Numbered from the whole stretch's first letter, positions 11,240 through 20,716 are shown. The stretch: 62,476 nucleotides of DNA, filler included, from Candidatus Omnitrophota bacterium (GCA_015233495.1; 3 parts of 3 records of this genome joined end to end with filler, not necessarily neighbours in it), one strand, 5' to 3'. The notes: generated by a model from the letters alone, not told the origin. A program made the numbers and translations.

Positions 11240-12078
11240 AACAGCCGTTTAAATATATTTATGGTTTCGTTGGTTTGTGGATTGTGGCGTCGCTGTTAGG
11301 GGCGTCGTCCGTTGAAGCCCGCCGGCATCATCGGCCGCGTTATACCGGCCTGTCGGCCCGCGCGGCTATTCTGGCGGACGCGGACGGCCAGCCGCGCTAC
11401 TTCGCGAAAAATATTTTCGGCCGGGTTTTGCCGGCGAGTACGACAAAAGTGATGACTGCTTTGCTGGTTTTGGAACGTTTGTCTTTAGACGCGGACGTGG
11501 CCGTGAGCGAGCGGGCGACCTCTGTTCAGCCGTCGAAAATCAATCTGCGTCCGGGGGAACATTATAAAGTGAAAGACCTCTTATTCGCGCTTTTGCTCAA
11601 TTCCGCCAATGACGCGAGTGTCGCTTTGGCGGAAGCGGTGTCCGGAACGGAAGGCGATTTTGTCCGCTTGATGAACGAGCGTTGCCGTCAGCTCGGCGCG
11701 GTCAATACGCGCTTCGCGAATTCGCACGGCTTGCCCTCGCCGGCCGGAACGCAATACACTACGGCGTATGATATGTTTTTGATTTTTCGGGAAGCGCTGA
11801 AAAAATATCCGTTTGATATCATCATCAAATACCGGTACAAAACGATTTATTCTGCGGAGGGAAGAAAAATTTTATTGCGCAGTCACAATAAAATATTATT
11901 TAACGAATGGGAACGGAAGGTTTATGGCAAGACAGGATACACCCGTTCGGCGAAGCAGTGTTTTATCGGAATGGTGCCGAAGGGAGAGAAGATATTGATC
12001 ATCGGCGTATTCGGGTGTTCCGCCCGCTGGAATGATATAAAATATTTAGTCAGTCGTTATGGCAAAGTTAGTTTATAG
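11236..12078 (+). CDS. D-alanyl-D-alanine carboxypeptidase (peptidase S11)
   Basis: SxxK (ASTTK), SxN (SAND) and KTG motifs; signal peptide. Confidence 0.92.
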   Translation: MKQPFKYIYGFVGLWIVASLLGASSVEARRHHRPRYTGLSARAAILADADGQPRYFAKNIFGRVLPASTTKVMTALLVLERLSLDADVAVSERATSVQPSKINLRPGEHYKVKDLLFALLLNSANDASVALAEAVSGTEGDFVRLMNERCRQLGAVNTRFANSHGLPSPAGTQYTTAYDMFLIFREALKKYPFDIIIKYRYKTIYSAEGRKILLRSHNKILFNEWERKVYGKTGYTRSAKQCFIGMVPKGEKILIIGVFGCSARWNDIKYLVSRYGKVSL

Positions 12079-12145
12079 GATTCTCATAGAATTTTTTTTT
12101 GCTTATGGTATGATGAATAAAATTTTATAAACCCATGGGGGGCAT

Positions 12146-13015
12146 ATGGAAAAAAATGTTATTTCGGTGGTCACAGCTTTGTTGGTGGGCTTTCTGGCCG
12201 GCGCGTATTTGACGGGGACGCGATGCAAAGGGGATTTATTAAAAGAAATTGTCACCCAGCAAGTTCAGATTTTAAATATCCAGCAAAAAATGGACACACA
12301 GTTGGCGGGTTTAATCAATCGGCTGGCGAATCAACCGCTGGGCGGCGCGGATCTGTCCGCCCGCGTGCAACTGCTGGAACAGCGCGTCAATATGCTGGAA
12401 GCGAAATTGCTGCAAATCAGCGGTCAAGCTCCGCAACCGCAGGCTCAGGCCCCGCAGCCGCCTCCGGAAGATTTTACTACAGTATATTCTCTGCCAGTTT
12501 CGCACACGCAAGTTATCGGCAAGCAAGACGCGCCGGTTACGATTACGGTATTCACGGATTACCAATGCCCGTTTTGCTCCCGGTTTCATAAACCGCTTAT
12601 GGAAACTTTGAAATTGTATCCGAACGAAATGAATGTGGTCATCAAGAATTTTCCGTTATCTTTTCATCCCAACGCCCGTCCCGCGGCTAAAGCCGCTTTA
12701 GCGGCAGCGGAACAAGGAAAATATAAAGAGATGATAGAGCAGCTTTTGGCCAATCAACAGCAATTGAGTGACGCCAAATACACTGAAATCGCCAAACAAA
12801 TCGGTTTGGATGTCGGGAAATTCCAGCAGGATTTAAAAAATAAAGACGCGCAATTTGAAAAATATTTGCAAGAAGACGCGGCATTAGCAGAAAAATCCGG
12901 AGTGCGCGGCACGCCGACGTTTTATTTGAATGGACGCAAAACCCAAGCCCGTGATGTGGCGGGGTTCAAGCAGGAGATTGATCAGGTTTTGAAAGCGAAA
13001 GGGATTGTCAAATAA
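12146..13015 (+). CDS. DsbA-family thioredoxin-fold protein with N-terminal membrane anchor and coiled coil
   Basis: DYQCPFC, KNFPL and GTPTF. Confidence 0.9.
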   Translation: MEKNVISVVTALLVGFLAGAYLTGTRCKGDLLKEIVTQQVQILNIQQKMDTQLAGLINRLANQPLGGADLSARVQLLEQRVNMLEAKLLQISGQAPQPQAQAPQPPPEDFTTVYSLPVSHTQVIGKQDAPVTITVFTDYQCPFCSRFHKPLMETLKLYPNEMNVVIKNFPLSFHPNARPAAKAALAAAEQGKYKEMIEQLLANQQQLSDAKYTEIAKQIGLDVGKFQQDLKNKDAQFEKYLQEDAALAEKSGVRGTPTFYLNGRKTQARDVAGFKQEIDQVLKAKGIVK

Positions 13016-13043
13016 GGCCGCAATCCCGGTTTGCAAATTTTAT

Positions 13044-13115
13044 TTGCTAATTTGTGAAAAAAAGAGTATATTTTTTAGACTTTTTAGCTTCGTAGGTCCG
13101 CCGTAAGGGCGGACC
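13044..13115 (+). promoter_or_regulatory. Sigma70-like promoter and leader hairpin upstream of rpmA
   Basis: TTGCTA-N17-TATATT (13044-13072); hairpin GGTCCGCC-gtaag-GGCGGACC (13095-13115). Confidence 0.55.
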
Positions 13116-13144
13116 AATAGCTCAACTTTTTTCGAGGGGTTCTT

Positions 13145-13408
13145 ATGGGCGGTCGTGTTGGAGGTTTATCCAGTAAATTTTATCGTGAAACCAAAGGCGT
13201 CAAAGTCTCCGGTGGACAGGCCGTGAAACAGGGAACAGTGCTCACCCGGGAAGGGCATCGCTGGAAGCCGGGTTTGAATGTGATCGGCGATATGCATCTT
13301 ACCGCGCGCTGCGACGGCCAAATTTATTTCACGCGCAAGAAAAGCACCTACAATAAAGTTGTGACGTTTATTAACGTGCGTCCTGTAGCTGCAGCTGCGC
13401 AAAATTAA
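13145..13408 (+). CDS. rpmA: 50S ribosomal protein L27, divergent
   Basis: GVKVSGGQAVKQGTVLTR..G.RWKPGLNV...HLTA..DGQIYF parallels the bL27 core. Confidence 0.75.
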   Translation: MGGRVGGLSSKFYRETKGVKVSGGQAVKQGTVLTREGHRWKPGLNVIGDMHLTARCDGQIYFTRKKSTYNKVVTFINVRPVAAAAQN

Positions 13409-13414
13409 TTTTCG

Positions 13415-13462
13415 GGGACAGTTCTCTTTTGTGGAAAAGAGGGAGCTGTCCCTGATTTTTTT
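13415..13462 (+). terminator. Hairpin plus U-tract after rpmA
   Basis: GGGACAGTTCTCTTTT...AAAAGAGGGAGCTGTCCC followed by a T run. Confidence 0.5.
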
Positions 13463-13498
13463 AGACAATTCGTGCCGGTCACGAATTATCCTCGTCCT

Positions 13499-15331
13499 AT
13501 GTGCGGAATTACCGGATATGTTGGCCATAAAAACGCCGGCCCGATTTTGATCGAAGGGCTGAAGCGGCTTGAATACCGCGGTTATGATTCGAGCGGCGTG
13601 GGAGTCATTGACCTGTCTACCGGTCACATCATTGTCCGCAAAACCAAGGGCAAGATCCGCAATCTGGAAGAATTGATCCAACAACAGAATTTGCCGGTTT
13701 CGAGAATCGGCATTTCGCACACCCGCTGGGCCACGCACGGCGCGCCCAATCATGTCAACTCGCATCCCCACGCTGATTCCGCGAAAAAATTTCTGGTGGT
13801 GCATAACGGGATTATTGAAAATTACGAAGTTCTGCGGGAAGAATTGCAGCACCAGGGCAGTGTTTTTGTTTCGGAGACTGACACGGAAGTTATCCCGCAC
13901 TTGATCGCGTCGTTGTATCAGGGCGATTTTCTCGACGCGGTGCGGCAAGCTATTGTCCGTTTGCAAGGATCATTTGCGATCGGCGTGCTTTGCGCCGATC
14001 ATCCCGACACTTTGATCGCGGCGCGGGTCGGGTCGCCTTTGATTATTGGCGTAGGTAAAGAGGAAAATTTTATTGCTTCCGATGTTCCCGCGATTCTTGA
14101 CCGGACCAAGCGGATTATTTATTTGAACGACGGGGAAATCGCCCGGCTGACTTGCGACAATGTTGAGATTATGAAGTTTAGCGGCGCCGCGGTTCGGCCG
14201 AAGATCCATACGGTCAAGTTTAGCGTTGACGCGGTCAAGAAGCAGGGGTTTGCGCATTTCATGCTTAAAGAAATCCACGAACAGCCGGAAGTGCTGGAAC
14301 GGATTTTGAAATCCTATTTAAAGCAGGAGGAAGTGAATTTTCCGGAATTGAATTTATCCCCGGGCCAGCTCAAAGGTTTTGAGCGGATCGGGATTATCGC
14401 CTGCGGCACGGCTTATCACGCTGGTCTCGTCGGAAAATACGCAATCGAACAGTTGGCGGGCATCCCGGTGTTCGTGGACGCGGCCAGTGAGTTCCGTTAT
14501 CGCGATCCGATCCTTGATGAAAAAACGCTGTTGATCGCGATCAGTCAGTCGGGCGAAACCGCCGACACTTTGGCGGCGGGCCGCGAGGCGCAGGCCCGCG
14601 GCGCTAAGGTTATTGCGGTATGCAATGTGGTCGGGTCATCTTTAGTCCGCGAATCCCACGGCGTGATTTACACTCATGCCGGTCCCGAAATCGGCGTGGC
14701 TTCCACTAAGGCTTATGTGGCGCAGGTGGCGGTTATGTTTTTATTAGCCTTGAAATTGAGCCGCAATAGCGGCCGGACTGTTCCGGCACAGCGCGAGTCC
14801 ATTATCGCTCAGTTGCGGCAGGCGCCGGCTGCGTACAAAAAAATCCTCGCCGCCAAAAATCAGATCGCGCAGATTGCCCGGAAGAATTCACATTTCGGAT
14901 GCTTCTTATTTTTAGGGCGGCACATAAATTATCCTACGGCTTTAGAGGGCGCGCTCAAGCTTAAGGAAATTTCTTACATCCCCGCGGAAGGCTATGCCGC
15001 GGGTGAGATGAAACACGGCCCGATCGCGCTTATTGACGAATACCGGGCCGTGGTCTGCGTTGCGCCGCAGTCGGAAATTTATGAAAAAATGATTTCCAAT
15101 ATGCAGGAAATTCGCGCCCGCAAAGGCAAGATCATCGCCGTTGCCACTCAAGGCGACGCGGCGATTAAAAAACACAGCAGTCATGTGATATATATTCCGG
15201 CAACCCACAATATTTTGACTCCGCTATTGACGGTATTGCCGTTACAAATGCTGGCCTATTTTATCGCGGTTCAGCTGGGTTGCGATGTGGATCAGCCGCG
15301 GAATCTGGCGAAGTCAGTGACAGTGGAATGA
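13499..15331 (+). CDS. glmS: Glutamine--fructose-6-phosphate aminotransferase
   Basis: N-terminal MCGI, EYRGYDS, HTRWATHG, SQSGET and C-terminal PRNLAKSVTVE. Confidence 0.98.
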   Translation: MCGITGYVGHKNAGPILIEGLKRLEYRGYDSSGVGVIDLSTGHIIVRKTKGKIRNLEELIQQQNLPVSRIGISHTRWATHGAPNHVNSHPHADSAKKFLVVHNGIIENYEVLREELQHQGSVFVSETDTEVIPHLIASLYQGDFLDAVRQAIVRLQGSFAIGVLCADHPDTLIAARVGSPLIIGVGKEENFIASDVPAILDRTKRIIYLNDGEIARLTCDNVEIMKFSGAAVRPKIHTVKFSVDAVKKQGFAHFMLKEIHEQPEVLERILKSYLKQEEVNFPELNLSPGQLKGFERIGIIACGTAYHAGLVGKYAIEQLAGIPVFVDAASEFRYRDPILDEKTLLIAISQSGETADTLAAGREAQARGAKVIAVCNVVGSSLVRESHGVIYTHAGPEIGVASTKAYVAQVAVMFLLALKLSRNSGRTVPAQRESIIAQLRQAPAAYKKILAAKNQIAQIARKNSHFGCFLFLGRHINYPTALEGALKLKEISYIPAEGYAAGEMKHGPIALIDEYRAVVCVAPQSEIYEKMISNMQEIRARKGKIIAVATQGDAAIKKHSSHVIYIPATHNILTPLLTVLPLQMLAYFIAVQLGCDVDQPRNLAKSVTVE

Positions 15332-15335
15332 AATG

Positions 15336-15469
15336 AAGACACAAGATACAAGACACAAGACAGGTCGTTTGATTTTTTTCAAAACCATGTTATGTTTGCC
15401 TGATTTTCTTTTAAAAAACAGAATATAAATTTACAATACTTGTGTCTTGTCTCCTGTGTCATGCGTCTT
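15336..15469. repeat. Inverted pair of heptamer tandem arrays (AAGACAC x4 / GTGTCTT-like x4)
   Basis: aagacac aagatac aagacac aagacag (15336-15363) and gtgtctt gtctcct gtgtcat gcgtctt (15442-15469). Confidence 0.75.
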
Positions 15470-15473
15470 AAAT

Positions 15474-16241
15474 ATGCTTTATATCGTCTCCACTCCCATC
15501 GGCAATTTAAAAGACATCACCCTCCGGGCGATTGAAACGCTTAAGTCCGTTGACCTGATCGCCGCGGAAGACACCCGCCATACCCGCATCTTGCTGCAGG
15601 CGTATGATATTTTCACTCCGATGACCAGTTTTTTTGAGCAAAACGAGAAGGCGAAAACGGAAGGATTGATTGAGCAATTACGGCAGGGAAAGAATATCGC
15701 CTTGGTCAGCGACGCGGGAACCCCGGGAATTTCCGATCCCGGATACCGCCTGATCCGCGCTGCATCCGAACAAGGGATTCCGCTGACTGTGATTCCCGGG
15801 CCCTGCGCCTTGATCGCGGGATTGTGTTTGTCAGGATTGCCGACGGATAAATTTATTTTTGAAGGGTTTTTGCCGGTAAAGTCCGCGGCTCGGCGCAAAC
15901 GGCTCGCGGCTTTGGCGGGAGAAACGCGCACCGTGATTTTTTATGAATCGCCGCACCGGATCGTTGCCGCGTTGCAAGATATTGGCGACACGCTCAATGA
16001 TCCGCAGGTAGTCGTGGCCCGCGAACTGACGAAGAAATTCGAAGCAGTGAAAAAAGACCAAGCCTCAAAACTCGCCGCTCATTTTTCCCAAATTCCTCCC
16101 AAAGGCGAGTTTATGCTTTTGCTCAATCTCAGTCCCAATGTCTATCTTCCGGAAATTAGTGATGACAATTCGGACTATTTGCCATCAGTTCAACCCGGTT
16201 GGGACAAACATCCGGGTAGGGGGAATTGGAATAACAAGTAA
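15474..16241 (+). CDS. rsmI: 16S rRNA C1402 2'-O-methyltransferase
   Basis: LYIVSTPIGNL, AAEDTR, VSDAGTPGISDPG, FYESPHR, RELTKKFE, KGEF. Confidence 0.95.
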   Translation: MLYIVSTPIGNLKDITLRAIETLKSVDLIAAEDTRHTRILLQAYDIFTPMTSFFEQNEKAKTEGLIEQLRQGKNIALVSDAGTPGISDPGYRLIRAASEQGIPLTVIPGPCALIAGLCLSGLPTDKFIFEGFLPVKSAARRKRLAALAGETRTVIFYESPHRIVAALQDIGDTLNDPQVVVARELTKKFEAVKKDQASKLAAHFSQIPPKGEFMLLLNLSPNVYLPEISDDNSDYLPSVQPGWDKHPGRGNWNNK

Positions 16242-17262
16242 CCCAGGTTGTAGAGGGATAGTTTACGCCGTTACATCGCGTCCCGCACCCGCCGCCGTTT
16301 ACATATTGGCAGCATAAAGGATCAGAAAACGTGGTAATGTTTTTTAATGGACAATTGGCTATGCTGGGTTGTTGCGCGGATACGCGTTGATTATGGGCAT
16401 AAGTGACTCCATTAACCGTCGGGCCGCATCCCAGATCTACAGAGTTGTATTGACAGCAGGCATCGGAATGGACACAAGTGTATTCTTGTCCGCCTATTCC
16501 GGCGCATTGTTGATTGTTCGTGTTTACCTTTTGCACACGGATTTCCTCCGGGCCGCAGGGCGCGGCGCCGCACCTAGTACTCACCACTTTTTGACAGCAG
16601 AGGTCGGATCGTTCGCAAGTGTAAAGAACCGGGCAGTGAGGTCCTCCGGTCGCCGCGGTGAAATCTACGCTTTTTTTAAGTACGCTTTCTTGGCCGCAAG
16701 GCCCTTCTCCGCAAATGGTCCCGGTGGTCGTTTGATAGTGGCAGTAACAATCTTTCCAGCAGTCAACTTTGAGTTGTCCGGGGGGAGCGCTGGAGTCGAT
16801 ACCTTCAACATGAGACATATTGCATCCGGGCACGGTTGCATTGCAAACCCCGTCGCCGCAGCAGGTGAGGTTTCTTAGGACATTGACAATTTCCGTTAAA
16901 TGTTTGTTGCGGATGCGGGTGGAATTTTCTTGAATCGTCGGGTCTTCATTGAAAACGGGAGCGCAGCGTTGGGGCGCGCTATTTGCGATGTCCGTGATCG
17001 CCTGGCGCATTTCTTTCAAATGTGTGGCACGAACCGGCGAATCAGAGGAAACTACCGGATCAGTCCAATGGAATTGGGATAAACCGCATTGCAGTCGTTT
17101 TTGGTCAATATCGACGCGGATGTTCATGATATCAGAAGCTTTGATTGACGTGTTTTCTTGTGGGTCCGGCGGTTGATAGGTGTTGGTTGCTTGACTGATA
17201 CGGATTAACGCTAACGATGAAAAAAGCAAAAACCCAAAAAGAAAAACGATTTTGTTTTTCAT
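16156..17262 (-). CDS. Secreted cysteine-rich repeat protein
   Basis: Signal peptide, three I/V-x-A-x-H/D helical repeats, then CG..PCG...YTC..SD.CC repeats. Confidence 0.65.
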   Translation of the reverse strand: MKNKIVFLFGFLLFSSLALIRISQATNTYQPPDPQENTSIKASDIMNIRVDIDQKRLQCGLSQFHWTDPVVSSDSPVRATHLKEMRQAITDIANSAPQRCAPVFNEDPTIQENSTRIRNKHLTEIVNVLRNLTCCGDGVCNATVPGCNMSHVEGIDSSAPPGQLKVDCWKDCYCHYQTTTGTICGEGPCGQESVLKKSVDFTAATGGPHCPVLYTCERSDLCCQKVVSTRCGAAPCGPEEIRVQKVNTNNQQCAGIGGQEYTCVHSDACCQYNSVDLGCGPTVNGVTYAHNQRVSAQQPSIANCPLKNITTFSDPLCCQYVNGGGCGTRCNGVNYPSTTWVTCYSNSPYPDVCPNRVELMANSPNCHH

Positions 17263-17284
17263 GGTAGTCCCTCTCCGTTATGAG

Positions 17285-18121
17285 TTATGGCGCGTATGTC
17301 GCGTAACTATAGTCAACACCACCGACGTTTACAGTTTGTATGCGCAATAACGCGCCGCTAATATACAAATTATGCGCCACGCGTATATCCCCGTTTTGAT
17401 CGATCGATAGAGCCGTTACATTATTACGTGCTATATTTAACGCGCCAGTGGCCGGATCAGCCGTTAAGGTAAAAAGGATCTGCCCGCCATTGTTGACCAA
17501 TAGATTAACTTGGCTGGTCCCCGCGCCGGTGTTCGACACCTGAATGGTTTGAGAAACATCCAAAGGCTGAGCTGGATTTTGCACGCCGATTCCCAGGTTG
17601 CCCGCAGTGGTCAGCACCATTTGCGGCGCGGCAAAATTATTGTTGGTTGTAAAGTTAAGCGGGTGATTGGTTGTGGTACCGATGGTTGCACCAGCGGCGC
17701 CGGTTTGGATTTCGCACGTCGCGTTGGTCGGATCTTCCACCCGAACCGTGCCGTTGACTTGTAAGGGAGTTTGGGGATTATTGGTTCCGATGCCCACATT
17801 GGGATAGACGCCGGCGTTGATTTGTTTTGGATATACGATATTGGTTGTTTTGTTTGAAACCCAGGGAGAAACAGTTTCCCAAATCCCGGAAGCGCCAGTG
17901 CAATATTCTTGTCCTAATGTCGTGTCGTTATAAACAACGCCAGTCTGGTTTACGTCACAGGTTGGGGCTGCTCCGGTAGGGACAAGCCGTAAATTTTTAT
18001 ATATTCCGAATGGCGCTGGATAATAAGTCGTCAGGGTAATGTCTTGTTGTTGGGCATAGGCAAGAGTAGCGGCTAAGCAAAAACTTGCTGCCATACTCCA
18101 GAAACACATATGTTTGTTCAT
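17285..18121 (-). CDS. Secreted fibre/adhesin-like protein
   Basis: Signal peptide, ITLTTYYPAPFGIY motif, NVGIGTNNP and NLGIGVQNP repeats. Confidence 0.6.
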   Translation of the reverse strand: MNKHMCFWSMAASFCLAATLAYAQQQDITLTTYYPAPFGIYKNLRLVPTGAAPTCDVNQTGVVYNDTTLGQEYCTGASGIWETVSPWVSNKTTNIVYPKQINAGVYPNVGIGTNNPQTPLQVNGTVRVEDPTNATCEIQTGAAGATIGTTTNHPLNFTTNNNFAAPQMVLTTAGNLGIGVQNPAQPLDVSQTIQVSNTGAGTSQVNLLVNNGGQILFTLTADPATGALNIARNNVTALSIDQNGDIRVAHNLYISGALLRIQTVNVGGVDYSYATYAP

Positions 18122-18258
18122 AAGTAGCTGCCTAAGGAAATGATTTGTATTACATATATCTAATTTGGACAGCAATGGATTTGTATATAAACTATTCCTA
18201 CTTAAAGTTTACTCTATAAATGACTTTCTCACAAATCAATTATATATTTTCATTTTGC

Positions 18259-18829
18259 CCCTAACTCCGAATTAGAACCGGCATAATAGATTTTCAGGGG
18301 AATTTTTTTGTTTTTTGCCTTGGTTACCCCACCGATTTTTCTGTTACAGACTCAATTCGGCTTGATTGGGCGAAAAGCCCTTCTTCGGCTGGAAAAATTC
18401 CTGTTTTGGGACACACCTCTATTGCGACCCATTTATTTTTCTTTTCTAACGGCTTATTCCGAAGATAGCTGAACTGTTTCCGCTTTTGATACGAATACTC
18501 CGCGCTGTCTTTTCCGCTGTCCAAGTACGTCGCGTCGTTATCGTATGTGAACTCCGTCGCTTCAACTCGCCGTAATGACTCGAGGATCATTTGATCATTT
18601 ACCCTCCCAAAATGTCCCATGCTCCCAACCAACCAGCTTAATCCCATTTTCCCTGTGACGCTTTCTTCGCTCTTTTTTAACGTGACTTGGGATAATTTTT
18701 TTGTTAATCTCATCTTAGCCTCCGGTTTCACCCATTGGGTGATCGTTAAATGAATTCTCTCAAAGACATTTTACGTCGGAGGCCTTCTTTTTGATCCTCT
18801 TTTTTGACTTTTCTAATTCGGAGTTAGGG
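18259..18829 (-). mobile_element. Internally deleted IS1380-like element (non-autonomous), 571 bp
   Basis: Perfect 19-bp terminal inverted repeats (TIRs) CCCTAACTCCGAATTAGAA / TTCTAATTCGGAGTTAGGG. Internal ORF 18324-18731 keeps transposase-like pieces VTGKMGLSWL and YDNDATYL..K.SA.YSY. Confidence 0.7.
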
Positions 18830-18912
18830 CGCCGGTGAGGCGAGAAACCGCAATTATGTTCGTTTTAAGATCGCAATTTGCGACCTTAAAAATTCCGGCG
18901 AAATCCTTAAGA

Positions 18913-19554
18913 CTAACTGTTGCTTCCTGGCATACAAAAACGCCATTGCACCCAATTTGCTTTTTCATTCAAGTTCAATAATTTGACAATAGCTTCTTCT
19001 TTTAAATTAGGATACTGTTCTTTCAAGTCATGTTCAGCAAGATCATGTTGATCAATCAACTTTAATGAATGGCTGATTTTTTGCGTGATAAAATAGTCTT
19101 CTAATACGTTGTTTTCATATTGGATGTCGCCGATGTATACCAATGAACGATCTGGAATGGACACGTCCGTTTTAAAATAAATATTTGTGTCTTTTTCTCT
19201 TAAAAAGGATCGGTCAAGGATATCAATACTGACTAAACTATACATTCCAGACGGCCAGGCAACGCAAAACAGGTTTTCTGAAAATCCGGAGGTTTCTTTA
19301 GATTGGCTGTTCTTTCCCATCCCATGAATCAAATATGTTTGCCCGGTGGCTAGATTTTTAAAAACAATTCGGTAACGCGACCATGGATGAGATCGAAATA
19401 CAATCTTGCCGAATACGATGCTCTTGCCATCTACATCACCCAGCCCTTGATCTGGCAGCACTTGCACCTTTTTGTCTAAAAACCACCTTAAAGCAAGTAT
19501 GGCGACAATAGGTAAAAAAAGAAACAATCCATATTGCACTTCGGTCATTTCCAT
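18913..19554 (-). CDS. Hypothetical membrane-anchored protein
   Basis: 213-aa ORF with an N-terminal TM helix and a LVYIGDI motif; low GC. Confidence 0.6.
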   Translation of the reverse strand: MEMTEVQYGLFLFLPIVAILALRWFLDKKVQVLPDQGLGDVDGKSIVFGKIVFRSHPWSRYRIVFKNLATGQTYLIHGMGKNSQSKETSGFSENLFCVAWPSGMYSLVSIDILDRSFLREKDTNIYFKTDVSIPDRSLVYIGDIQYENNVLEDYFITQKISHSLKLIDQHDLAEHDLKEQYPNLKEEAIVKLLNLNEKANWVQWRFCMPGSNS

Positions 19555-19622
19555 AAATCTTTTCCTTTCTATTTATTCTGATTTTGTCTATCACCCGCGC
19601 GTAAATAAATCCGCAACCTTTT

Positions 19623-20303
19623 TCATGACGGTTCAACAAGACATAACTCGTCGAGATCTAACCCCTTTTTAATTTTATCTTGCCATTTTTTAGGAATCGA
19701 CTGAATCGTTTCATGAATTTGGGAAGAGTAGCCATTCTCATTTAAATATTTCAGCAAATTTATGGCGGTTGTCCGGTCTTTGATGGATTTTTCTTCGTTT
19801 TTTCGGCGGTGATGAATGATTAATTTGTGAAGGGCAAAATCCACCGGGTGGGGAAGTTTTAAAGTGAAATTTTCAATTTGTACTACGATCGGGTTGTCCG
19901 TTAAGAAATTTAAAAAACGCAGGGCAACGGCGTTCATTTTGAATTGTGGCAATGGAAACGGGTGAGATGTTCCTCGTCCCATTTCCGGGACAAGAAACTC
20001 TAAAATTAAATCCGGATGATTTAATTTGATATATCCTTCTGATCCATGAAAGGTCACGGCGAATCCCAAATTCTTAAGCAATTCGGGAATGTCGACGCTT
20101 TTTTTGATATGACGTGGCTTATCGATTAAAAAATCCAAATCGCGCGTTCGCAGTGTGTAATTACTCAAATATCGAGTATCCTGAAAATATTTTTCGTAGA
20201 AAAACAGGCTCCAACTCCCAATAACCATGACGTCTTTTAAGATGTCTTCTTCATGAAAGCGTCGAAATACTTCCAGGCATAAATCATACTGGTTCTTTTC
20301 CAC
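19623..20303 (-). CDS. Nucleotidyltransferase-fold protein (GSU2403-like)
   Basis: VIGSWS...RTRDLDF polymerase-beta motif; FALHKLII and K.IKD helical motifs. Confidence 0.75.
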   Translation of the reverse strand: MEKNQYDLCLEVFRRFHEEDILKDVMVIGSWSLFFYEKYFQDTRYLSNYTLRTRDLDFLIDKPRHIKKSVDIPELLKNLGFAVTFHGSEGYIKLNHPDLILEFLVPEMGRGTSHPFPLPQFKMNAVALRFLNFLTDNPIVVQIENFTLKLPHPVDFALHKLIIHHRRKNEEKSIKDRTTAINLLKYLNENGYSSQIHETIQSIPKKWQDKIKKGLDLDELCLVEPS

Positions 20304-20604
20304 GCAACGCCCCCCTTAAGAATTTTATTTGCTTTTTGAGCTTGGAAAGCAAATTACGATATTTTGCCCTTAATCGTTTGGATTCGGCATAATGTTTTAT
20401 TTCTTCCGAGGATGCTTTCCCTTTATATATAAACTTGACCCGGCCTTCAATTCGCTGAGCGATATAATAATAAGCCTTGCCGTTGCGATCTTTTTTTGCC
20501 AATGATCCTGCGGGTAATTGTTTTAATAATTTTAAGTATTCGTTTTGCATACGCGAAGAATTTTCCAACTCTTCGGCTAAAACGCTTTTAATCACGCCCC
20601 TCAT
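20284..20604 (-). CDS. Small basic putative DNA-binding partner of the nucleotidyltransferase
   Basis: LPAGSL..K..NGK.YYY...R..G.V...Y.G beta-hairpin plus coiled coil; overlaps the downstream gene. Confidence 0.65.
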   Translation of the reverse strand: MRGVIKSVLAEELENSSRMQNEYLKLLKQLPAGSLAKKDRNGKAYYYIAQRIEGRVKFIYKGKASSEEIKHYAESKRLRAKYRNLLSKLKKQIKFLRGALRGKEPV

Positions 20605-20618
20605 GAATGGCCCCTTTT

Positions 20619-20716
20619 TTGCCTAACAACATTACTTAAAAAATATATTGTTAGGCAATTTTTGTCAAGACATTTTTTGCCTAACAATATTATGAACATG
20701 ATTGCTTGTTAGGCAA
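20619..20716 (-). promoter_or_regulatory. Promoter with two inverted-repeat operators
   Basis: TTGCCTAACAA-N18-TTGTTAGGCAA occurs twice (20619-20658, 20677-20716) around a minus-strand TTGACA (20663-20668). Confidence 0.75.

Noticed and set aside
13409..13498. glmS ribozyme upstream of glmS
   Set aside because: The interval is only ~90 bp and is taken up by a terminator-like hairpin; no recognisable ribozyme core.
13166..13966. 266-aa minus-strand ORF and many similar overlapping ORFs
   Set aside because: Antisense or alternate-frame shadows of well-supported genes (glmS, metH, ALDH and others), with no recognisable motifs.
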